The translations under genes were made by a program, and so were the position numbers. The notes beneath the pieces were generated by a model. It searched no databases and was not told the DNA's origin. It was given only the letters and a program-made list of their open reading frames with translations. A stretch of 13,250 nucleotides of DNA from Candidatus Micrarchaeia archaeon (lineage in GTDB: Archaea > Micrarchaeota > Micrarchaeia > CAILAH01), in NCBI GenBank assembly GCA_038740245.1, contig JAVYLZ010000016.1, positions 1-13,250 on the forward strand, read 5' to 3'. Position 1 is the stretch's first letter; each line of letters opens with the position of its first letter. Below, piece after piece: positions 1 to 6,773 of this stretch.

Positions 1-1640
1 ATGAATAAGAGGGGCAGGCCAATTACTAATGAAGTTAGGAATGCAGTGGCCTCTGATTCTGAATATAGTGCGATTAGCACGCCCAACGCTGCGAACACAA
101 ATATGTTAAGCGCCAACGCCTCAAAAAGGAACAGGGCGAGCCCAAAGTCAAGCAATGGGAACGCGCCATATGCAAGTGAGGAAAGCAGCAGCAGTGCAAG
201 CGCAGAAGGCAGCATCACGATAGTATAGCTGAGCACTTTATACACTATAAACTCAAGCGGGTGCACCTGTGCCAGCAGTATCCTGCCGAACGTGCCGTAA
301 TATTTCTCCTTCACCAGGGAGGTTGATGAAACGAACAGCGCCACGAACATCAGCACCAGCGGAAGTATGCTCGGCAGCAGGAAATCAAAGAACGGCTTTT
401 TGCCCAGCAGCGACTGCGATGAAAGCAGTATCGGGGAGACCACGGTTGACGGCCCGCGCGATGTTATCGCATATATCTGCGAGCGGCTTTTGGCAATGAT
501 ATCCTCAAATTCATAGGTCTTATTGATTATGAGGTCCAGTGATGAGTCAACTTCACGTATCGTTGAAAGTGCAGTATCCCTGTTATCCTCAAGCTGTGTG
601 ATAAACCGGCCCATCGCCTCCAATTTGGCGTTCGCATCAACAGAGCTGTTCTTGGCCGCGGCGATATTGGCCTTGAACTCCTGTATTGTTAAGTTTGCAG
701 TGTAAAGCCCCGCACGCGCCTCACGCACCTTAACCAGCCGCGACTCAACTGCCGAATGCGCAGATGAGACGCTCGCGTTAAGCGAATCAACCATTATGCA
801 TAGCGGGAGTGACAGCGGGTCCGAGCAGTTGGCACCCGCTTTAATCTGTGCAAGAGATGAAGTGGTGTTTGATAGCGTATCATTTATGCCCACCAGGTCG
901 GCTTCCGTCTGGTTCAGTGTCTCATCATATGCGGCAAAGTCGGACTCAATTTTGGTAAGGTTGCTTTCCGCCTCCTCAAGTTTTGCGTAAGTGGCGTTCA
1001 GGGTTGTGTTGGCGAGCAACAGCTCGCTTTTAACCGAATTAATATCAAGCGCATTAAGCGAATCTGTGGTGGACTTGAGCTGTGCTTTCATATTGATTGC
1101 GCGTGTGCGTGTGCCGCGGATATCCTCACTGAGCTGCACAAGGCGCGCATCCGCCTCACCCAGCTGTGTCCATACCTCCAGTATGAACTGCTCACCGACT
1201 TTCTGGCCTGTCCGCTGGACAACCGCCGCCATAAGCGATTCCAAAGATGGCGATACCTGAAACTTTGAGTTGTCCAGGAATATGGTTACCGTCTGGGTCC
1301 TGCCATTAATAATGCCGTCCTCAAACCCTGCGGGGATTATGAACGCTGCGGCCAGCCTGCCGCTCTTAACCTCATTGTAGAGCACGGCTGTGCATTGCGG
1401 CCCGCCATACTCAACCAGGTTTGCGTTATCCGCAACACCGCTTATGAACAGCTTTGAGAAATTGCTGTTATCCTCATCACAATACCCAAGGGCGGTCTTC
1501 TGCAGCTCAACTGACGTGCTGCTGAACACCAGGTTTAGTATTACCACAACCAGAATCGGCACTGCAAGCATGAGCAGCAGTGTGCGGCCGTCACGCGTAA
1601 ACTGCCCCCAGTCCTTTGCAATCTCACTTGGCAGGTTCAT
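1..1640 (-). CDS. ABC-2 type permease with a long extracellular coiled-coil insert (YhgE/Pip-like architecture); 3' end beyond the window
   Basis: Manual translation from ATG at 1640 (upstream GGGGAGGGA RBS-like) is open to the window edge. It reads MNLPSEIAKDWGQFTRDGRTLLLMLAVPILVVVILNLVF (TM1), then AAFIIPAGFEDG...VTIFLDNS, a long helical region, and FDFLLPSILPLVLMFVALF...VKEKYYGTFGRILLAQVHPLEFIVYKV (ABC-2 signature region) with further TM segments. It lies directly downstream of an ABC ATPase. Confidence 0.9.
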   Translation of the reverse strand, partial: MNLPSEIAKDWGQFTRDGRTLLLMLAVPILVVVILNLVFSSTSVELQKTALGYCDEDNSNFSKLFISGVADNANLVEYGGPQCTAVLYNEVKSGRLAAAFIIPAGFEDGIINGRTQTVTIFLDNSKFQVSPSLESLMAAVVQRTGQKVGEQFILEVWTQLGEADARLVQLSEDIRGTRTRAINMKAQLKSTTDSLNALDINSVKSELLLANTTLNATYAKLEEAESNLTKIESDFAAYDETLNQTEADLVGINDTLSNTTSSLAQIKAGANCSDPLSLPLCIMVDSLNASVSSAHSAVESRLVKVREARAGLYTANLTIQEFKANIAAAKNSSVDANAKLEAMGRFITQLEDNRDTALSTIREVDSSLDLIINKTYEFEDIIAKSRSQIYAITSRGPSTVVSPILLSSQSLLGKKPFFDFLLPSILPLVLMFVALFVSSTSLVKEKYYGTFGRILLAQVHPLEFIVYKVLSYTIVMLPSALALLLLSSLAYGAFPLLDFGLALFLFEALALNIFVFAALGVLIALYSESEATAFLTSLVIGLPLLF

Positions 1641-1706
1641 CTTCAATTCCCTCCCCGCGCGCACCCTGTTTGCCTATCACAGAATGGCCGTGAAACGGGC
1701 CCGCAC

Positions 1707-2663
1707 TTATTTGGCCGGCTCATCAGCTGCACCTTCCCGAAGCTTTGCACCGGTCAGTTTCAGGAATACGTCCTCAAGCGATGGCCGTGATATGGAGAGC
1801 TCAACGATTTTTTCGCCGTGCCTTTCCATGAGCCGTGTAATGGGCTGTATAAGCGGCGCAATGTCATCAGCTTCCACAACAAGCCCGTGCTCTGTGGGCG
1901 TTGCCATATCAACACCTTTGACCGCATGCAGTTTGCCGGCCACCAGCTCGTATCTGCCGGGTATTGACTTAATCTTGGCAATCTCCCTGCCCGCAAATTT
2001 TTTGAGCGCGGCCGGTGTGCCGTCCGCAACCACTTTGCCGGCATTCATCAGCACGATGCGCGAGCACAGCGCTTCCGCCTCCTCAAGGTAATGCGTTGTG
2101 AGCAGCACGGTTGCACCGCTCTCATGTGCGATATCACGCACGGTTTTCCACATGCTGTTCCTCACCGCAGGGTCAAGCCCCGTTGTGGGCTCGTCAAGTA
2201 TTATGATTTTTGGCCTGTGCATGAGCGCACACGCCAAATTAAGCCGCCTGCGCATGCCCCCAGATAAGCTGGCTGCCGGCACGTTTTTCTTATCTGAGAG
2301 GTTGAGCTGCTGCAATAGCTCTTCGGCACGCGTGTGCGCATCCTTTCCGCCCACACCGTACAGCGAGCCGAAATACAGCAGGTTTTCCATGCATGTAAGC
2401 AGCGGGTAAATTGCATTCTCCTGCGGCGCCACACCTATCATCCGGCGTGATGATTTTGATGCCTTCTCGCCGTGCAGGAAAAGCTCGCCAGAGGTTGGCG
2501 ATTCAGCACCTGAAAGAATTCTTATGAACGTGCTTTTGCCAGCGCCGTTGGGCCCGAGCAGCCCGAGCACCTCACCTTCACTAACCTCAATTGAGAAATT
2601 GTCAAGGGCAACCTTGCCGGGATACTTTTTCACAAGGCCTTTGGCCTGTATTGCCAGCGCCAT
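1707..2663 (-). CDS. ABC transporter ATP-binding protein (DrrA/CcmA-like)
   Basis: Walker A GPNGAGKS, signature LSGGM, Walker B IILDEPT, H-loop TTH, C-terminal PSLEDVFL motif. Confidence 0.95.
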   Translation of the reverse strand: MALAIQAKGLVKKYPGKVALDNFSIEVSEGEVLGLLGPNGAGKSTFIRILSGAESPTSGELFLHGEKASKSSRRMIGVAPQENAIYPLLTCMENLLYFGSLYGVGGKDAHTRAEELLQQLNLSDKKNVPAASLSGGMRRRLNLACALMHRPKIIILDEPTTGLDPAVRNSMWKTVRDIAHESGATVLLTTHYLEEAEALCSRIVLMNAGKVVADGTPAALKKFAGREIAKIKSIPGRYELVAGKLHAVKGVDMATPTEHGLVVEADDIAPLIQPITRLMERHGEKIVELSISRPSLEDVFLKLTGAKLREGAADEPAK

Positions 2664-2718
2664 ACGGCAAAATAATCATCATTAACATTAATATGCGTGC
2701 GGCTGGGATTTAGCCAAG

Positions 2719-3168
2719 TCATTTTTGCTTGCGTTTAGTGGCCTGCCTTTGGAGCGCGCGTGCGGCCAGGCCGGCAACAAGGCCGGCAACAGCACAAAAG
2801 AGCGAGTTTTCAACCACTATGATAAGCAATAGCACGTAGAACGTTATGCTGTCTGGCGCGCTAATCCCTAGCACAGGGGTTTTAACAGTGTAATGGCTCG
2901 CCAGCACAACAAGCACCATAACAAGCGCGGCAGCGCCGCCCACAAGCGCACCGTTCTTTAGCGAGGCCAGCAGGCTTTCCCTTGCGCCAATAACCCCGGC
3001 ATAAGCGGTTATGCCTAGCAGCAGCAATGAGAACACGATATTACCAATGGAGTATTCAAGGAGGGGGGTAATAACACCTGCAAGTATGAGCATCCCCTCA
3101 ACAAGCGAAAGCGCGGCAGCAATCCCAATAAGGTGCATTATGCCAACTTTACAGCACTTTTTTTCCAT
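2719..3168 (-). CDS. Hypothetical membrane protein (about 4 TM helices)
   Basis: 149-aa ORF with four long hydrophobic segments and a basic C-terminal tail; co-oriented with its neighbours. Confidence 0.75.
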   Translation of the reverse strand: MEKKCCKVGIMHLIGIAAALSLVEGMLILAGVITPLLEYSIGNIVFSLLLLGITAYAGVIGARESLLASLKNGALVGGAAALVMVLVVLASHYTVKTPVLGISAPDSITFYVLLLIIVVENSLFCAVAGLVAGLAARALQRQATKRKQK

Positions 3169-3188
3169 ATATTGGCACCCTCTAATAG

Positions 3189-4394
3189 CTAGCGCAATAA
3201 GTGCGGTGCAAACAATATGATAACACCGAGCACAGCCATTATCACGCCGCCCATGAGCTTGCAGTACTTTGCATATTTCTCGCCCAGCCCACCGCCTATT
3301 GCAAGCCCGGCCATCGTAAATATGATTATGTCATCGATCATGAAGAACAGGTCATAAAGGAGTATGTATGCATATCGCTCAAGCGTGCTTATGTCTTTCA
3401 TCGCAAGCACCTGCGTGAACACTGCAGGTATGGCAGATGAGCACGCAAACTCCACGGAATTGACTATGAACGCCAGCACTATTATTGAGAACACAATACC
3501 GATTGTGAGCGGCTGTGATATTATTTCCTGCACGCGCTTCTCTGTTTTCCTGTGGGCCTCAACATCGCCAACCTTGCACTCCAGTGCGCCCTTTGTTGTA
3601 TAATACTCCTTAAGGCTCACTATGCCCCCGCCCAGTGCAACCAGTCCAATTAGGACCATAACGGGCCGCACATACCCTATGAGAAGGAATGCGTTCAGCC
3701 ACGCCGTCATGAACAGGAAATACAGCACCCCGGAAGCGAACAGGAAGCTCCCGATAATCAGCCAGAATTTCCTCTTATCGCCCACCTCAAGCAGCAGCCC
3801 TATTAAGTAGACAAGCACCCACATTGCGCACGGGTTGAACCCGTCAATGAGCCCAAGCGTTATCGCAAGCACCGGCAGTGACATTGCAGTTAAGTCGGTC
3901 CTGCCAAGGAACGGCAGCTCAAACTCCTTAACCGCTGAGGATGTCTCCTGCTGTTGTGTGTTCTGCGAGCCCGTGCCCGCTTCGCACGCGGCTATGCATT
4001 TCTCAATCTCAGCGCGTATCTGCTCTTTTGTGTGCACGCCTACAAGCGCACTCCCGTTTATTATGGTGGTTGGCACGGCCAGGCGTGAGGTGTCAAGGCC
4101 GGCCTCGCGCGCCATCTTCTGGAACAGCGTATTGCCCTGTGCGGTGGACGCATCCACGATTATGAATGAGACCTCAGGCATTTCTTCGGCAAGCTCTTGT
4201 ATGATTGGTTTCTGCTCGGCGCAGTGCGGGCAGGTGGGCAGCGTGAACACGTACACCTCAAGCTTTTCAGAAGGCGGCTTTACAGCCCCGTCACTGACTG
4301 AAAGCGCAACCGCACCTATAACTATAAGCGCAATCACAAGGTACCTGTTGAAGGGGACCGCCAAGAACTCTTTTATTGAGGATACTATACTCAT
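3189..4394 (-). CDS. Thioredoxin/glutaredoxin domain fused to a CcdA/DsbD-like transmembrane domain
   Basis: N-terminal hydrophobic anchor, CPHC motif and cis-Pro loop AVPT, then a multi-TM domain with DGFNPCAMWVL and VEFACSSAIP cysteines. Confidence 0.8.
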   Translation of the reverse strand: MSIVSSIKEFLAVPFNRYLVIALIVIGAVALSVSDGAVKPPSEKLEVYVFTLPTCPHCAEQKPIIQELAEEMPEVSFIIVDASTAQGNTLFQKMAREAGLDTSRLAVPTTIINGSALVGVHTKEQIRAEIEKCIAACEAGTGSQNTQQQETSSAVKEFELPFLGRTDLTAMSLPVLAITLGLIDGFNPCAMWVLVYLIGLLLEVGDKRKFWLIIGSFLFASGVLYFLFMTAWLNAFLLIGYVRPVMVLIGLVALGGGIVSLKEYYTTKGALECKVGDVEAHRKTEKRVQEIISQPLTIGIVFSIIVLAFIVNSVEFACSSAIPAVFTQVLAMKDISTLERYAYILLYDLFFMIDDIIIFTMAGLAIGGGLGEKYAKYCKLMGGVIMAVLGVIILFAPHLLR

Positions 4395-4431
4395 GCCAAA
4401 CGCTCCCGAGCCATTTAAGCGTCAAATGCTT

Positions 4432-5274
4432 TTAAATGCCACCCAGCAGGAATGCGAATATGCCGAGCATTAATGCGTAAAGTGAGAGTTTCCTGCCCTT
4501 TTCCGCGCTTTTTTTGCCGCCGTAAAACAGGTAGGATGAGTAGCACAGCAGCCCTATTGAGAGTGTCATGGGTATTATGTAAAGGGGGTTGTTTTGGAGG
4601 GGCGGTACTGTAAGGTAGAGGTATATGCCCAGCAGTGATGCTGCGAGCACGAACACAAGCGAGAGGTGCAGCGAGGGCGCTTTCCCGATTAGCACGGGCA
4701 GCGTCATTGACTTGCGTGCCAGCACATCCCCCTCAACATCCTGCACGGTTTTCTGTATCTCCCTGCCGAGCCCCGAGAGGAATGATGTGGCGCATATTAG
4801 AAGGGTAAGCTGCGATATGGTGCCCGCAAGCGCCACCTCCGTAAATATGAACACTATCGCCATTGATGCGGCTATTATTGAGTTCCCAATCAGTGCAACA
4901 TCCTTGAGCTTCCAGTCATAAAGCACGGACAGGAACGCGAACACCAAAGCAATTGAGAATGCCTGCATCCCGAGCGGGAATGCGATAAGCACACCGAGGC
5001 TAAGCAGTGAAACCCCAAGCCATAATGCGAGCTGCTCGCTTACATCCCCGCGCACAATCGGCCTGTCCTTCCTGTTTTTCCTGTCGCTCCCCGCATCAAA
5101 GTAATCGTTAAGTGCAAAAGCTCCCGCTGAAACCAAGAAGGGGCACAGGGAAAGCAGTAGCAGTTGCGTATGTGTAAACTGCAAATCAAGGAGCAGGATA
5201 GAAGTTGCCACGCCCAGTACGAGCATTATTGAATGCTCAACACGGACAAGCTCCATAACCGCTGGCAGCCGCAT
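4432..5274 (-). CDS. UbiA-family prenyltransferase, likely digeranylgeranylglyceryl phosphate synthase
   Basis: NDYFDAGSDRKNRKDRPI and GREIQKTVQDVEGD Asp-rich motifs plus multiple TMs. ATG at 5274 is preferred over 5295 because of an upstream GGTGG and a TATA-like element near 5297-5304. Confidence 0.85.
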   Translation of the reverse strand: MRLPAVMELVRVEHSIMLVLGVATSILLLDLQFTHTQLLLLSLCPFLVSAGAFALNDYFDAGSDRKNRKDRPIVRGDVSEQLALWLGVSLLSLGVLIAFPLGMQAFSIALVFAFLSVLYDWKLKDVALIGNSIIAASMAIVFIFTEVALAGTISQLTLLICATSFLSGLGREIQKTVQDVEGDVLARKSMTLPVLIGKAPSLHLSLVFVLAASLLGIYLYLTVPPLQNNPLYIIPMTLSIGLLCYSSYLFYGGKKSAEKGRKLSLYALMLGIFAFLLGGI

Positions 5275-5340
5275 GCCACCTATCAACAGGTGCAAATTAT
5301 TAAATCTTAAGCGGCTGAATATTCGCCGTTGGTGATATTA

Positions 5341-5511
5341 ATGGCGAAGTTCCCAGAGGCCGAGGCGGCCCTATCAAGCATTAAGATATGCCACAAGTGC
5401 AAGTCAAGGAACCCTAAAACCGCAACCAAGTGCCGGAAGTGTGGCTACAGGTACCTGCGCCAAAAGAAGAAGGGCAAGGGCGGCAAGGGCGGCGCCGGTG
5501 CGGCCAAGTAG
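5341..5511 (+). CDS. rpl40e: 50S ribosomal protein L40e
   Basis: MAKFPEAE...[23 protein letters not shown] zinc ribbon; GGTGA RBS at 5331-5335. Confidence 0.95.
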   Translation: MAKFPEAEAALSSIKICHKCKSRNPKTATKCRKCGYRYLRQKKKGKGGKGGAGAAK

Positions 5512-5537
5512 AGCAAGTAATTCCTAGTTTTTCCACC

Positions 5538-5545
5538 TTTTATAA
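5538..5545 (+). promoter_or_regulatory. Candidate TATA box for the tRNA-Leu transcript
   Basis: TTTTATAA in the rpl40e-tRNA spacer; would place the start near 5568-5570. A second TTATA lies at 5604-5608. Confidence 0.5.
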
Positions 5546-5571
5546 CTTATCCCGTTAAGTAATTTGGCTCT

Positions 5572-5597
5572 TAGTTTTGTGGCTTGCCACAAAACTA
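5572..5597. repeat. Perfect 12-bp inverted repeat upstream of the tRNA
   Basis: tagttttgtggc (5572-5583), tt spacer, gccacaaaacta (5586-5597). Confidence 0.9.
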
Positions 5598-5666
5598 CCA
5601 GGGTTATAGTGGGCGGAGCCCCCTATGCAGGGGTGGCGGAGCCAGGTCAAACGCGCAGGACTTAAG

Positions 5667-5772
5667 TGCCGCTCTTTCGGGATGCCTAAAGAGCGGCGCC
5701 AGAAAGTTTTTGGAATTCCAAAAACGACGGCACTTAAGTTATGACTCCCGAAAGGGAGGATGATCTGAAGAA
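5667..5772 (+). other. tRNA intron 1 (106 nt, canonical position 37/38)
   Basis: Removal restores a 7-nt anticodon loop CTTAAGA. Relaxed BHB: central helix CTTA/GAAG (3 pairs plus an A.G mismatch), bulges AG^T and AA^A. Confidence 0.85.
5728..5768 (+). ncRNA. Putative intron-encoded box C/D-type guide module targeting U34 of its own pre-tRNA
   Basis: Antisense cggcacttaagt (5728-5739) to 5660-5671; D/D'-like ATGA at 5741-5744; stem ctccc-gaaa-gggag; 3-nt bulge gat; GA-T (C/C'-like) at 5762-5764. Confidence 0.65.
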
Positions 5773-5804
5773 ATCCTGTGGCCTAGCGCCTACGTGGGTC
5801 CAAA

Positions 5805-5876
5805 TCTCAGCCCAAGGGGGGCGCCCCCTTAGTCCGAGACCGCCCAAACCCCCTATGCGGGGTTAGCAAATGGAAA
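5805..5876 (+). other. tRNA intron 2 (72 nt, non-canonical position 59/60 in the T-loop)
   Basis: Perfect 4-bp central helix TCCA (5799-5802)/TGGA (5871-5874) stacked on the T stem, with 3-nt bulges AA^T on both strands. Confidence 0.85.
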
Positions 5877-5890
5877 TCCCACCCCCTGCA

Positions 5891-6691
5891 CTAATTTTGC
5901 ATTCTTACAACTTCAGTGGATACCTCTCCGTAAATGCGTGTCTCAACGGTGTGGACGTACTCGTAATCGTCGTTGTATATAAGCAGGGAGGTGCTGCGTG
6001 TGAGCGCACGCAGTATCGGCAGCGCCTCATCGCGCTTTTTCTGCGCAAAGTGGCCGAGCAGGTTGCTGCACCTTACGATATCAAACGTGTCACACCCGTA
6101 CTTCTCATACAGCTCTTCAAGGTAGGGCATCGGGTTGAGCAGGTCAAACGGGAACAGAACAACACGGGCCCCCCACATCTGTGTCTCCTCAAAATTTGTC
6201 AGGCGTATGTCCCCGCCAAAGACTGTTACGTGGTGCGCACGGCACGCAAGGAAGCCGGCAAGCTCTATGGTGGTCACGGCACGCATCTCCTCGGAATCGG
6301 TTGCACCAACACCTATGTCAAGCACGTTGAACGGGCCGCGCTTAATGAATATGCCCAGGCGCTCGCCAATTATTTTTTCGGTAAATGCAAGCCTGCCAGG
6401 CGCCGTGATTACGTTGGTTGCCTTTACCATCATCTCAATGAATTGCTCAAGCATTTGCGGGTCCTGCGCAATAAGCAAAATGAGGCGGTCGGTCTCAATG
6501 CCGCGTGCAGGCAGCGATTCAAGCTTGAGGACGGTGCGCACAATCTCTCTTGTGGGGTCCATGCCCAGCTCAAGCCCCACAACGTGCCCCTGGCGGCGCT
6601 TTATGTCGTTTATCGCCTTTTGGATATCCAGCAGGCGCAGTATTTCATCTGAATTGAGGGGCTTCCTCTCAACCCTTATCTGCTGCACCAT
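5891..6691 (-). CDS. Class I SAM-dependent methyltransferase-fold protein, CheR-like (paralog 1)
   Basis: VLDIGVG (motif I), VFGGDI, FPFDLL, FDIVRCSNLLGHF. ATG at 6691 is preferred because a TATA-like ttattaataa (6711-6720) lies within the longer ORF. Confidence 0.65.
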   Translation of the reverse strand: MVQQIRVERKPLNSDEILRLLDIQKAINDIKRRQGHVVGLELGMDPTREIVRTVLKLESLPARGIETDRLILLIAQDPQMLEQFIEMMVKATNVITAPGRLAFTEKIIGERLGIFIKRGPFNVLDIGVGATDSEEMRAVTTIELAGFLACRAHHVTVFGGDIRLTNFEETQMWGARVVLFPFDLLNPMPYLEELYEKYGCDTFDIVRCSNLLGHFAQKKRDEALPILRALTRSTSLLIYNDDYEYVHTVETRIYGEVSTEVVRMQN

Positions 6692-6710
6692 ACTACTCTT
6701 CCCGCAAAAC

Positions 6711-6752
6711 TTATTAATAAACATTACTATTTACTTCTTCTTGGCTTAAATA
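6711..6752. promoter_or_regulatory. Divergent TATA-like elements
   Basis: ttattaataa at 6711-6720 lies 20-29 nt before the minus-strand ATG at 6691; ttaaata at 6746-6752 lies 22-28 nt before the ATG at 6774. This fits leaderless archaeal promoters. Confidence 0.5.
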
Positions 6753-6773
6753 TGTTGGCTGCCGATTATCTGC

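Larger units (their letters stand above)
5627..5890 (+). tRNA. tRNA-Leu(UAA) with two introns; exons 5627-5666, 5773-5804, 5877-5890 (86 nt mature, CCA not encoded)
   Basis: Acceptor stem GCAGGGG/CCCCTGC with discriminator A5890; D stem GCG/CGC; anticodon stem CAGGA/TCCTG with CT-TAA-G (anticodon 5663-5665); variable arm GGC-CTAGC-GCC; T stem GTGGG/CCCAC. Confidence 0.92.

Noticed and set aside
240..410. Suspected frameshifts in the permease at short homopolymers
   Set aside because: Recounting the bases shows the frame from 1640 stays open to position 3.
1..2409. Plus-strand ORFs such as 1390-2091 and 2098-2409
   Set aside because: Antisense shadows of the ABC permease and ATPase with no recognisable motifs.
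5329..5340. Upstream TTG start for rpl40e
   Set aside because: The extension contains the GGTGA RBS; ATG at 5341 gives the typical L40e N-terminus.
5667..5772. Group I intron or nested BHB intron
   Set aside because: Too short for a group I core, and I found no convincing internal BHB motif.
5572..5870. Clustered palindromes as a CRISPR array or MITE
   Set aside because: The hairpins differ in sequence, have no repeat-spacer periodicity, and are explained by tRNA leader and intron structure; no cas or transposase genes are present.
5870..6749. Plus-strand ORFs 5870-6652 and 6135-6749
   Set aside because: They are antisense to the methyltransferase-fold gene, whose frame is supported by its paralog; 5870 starts inside the tRNA.
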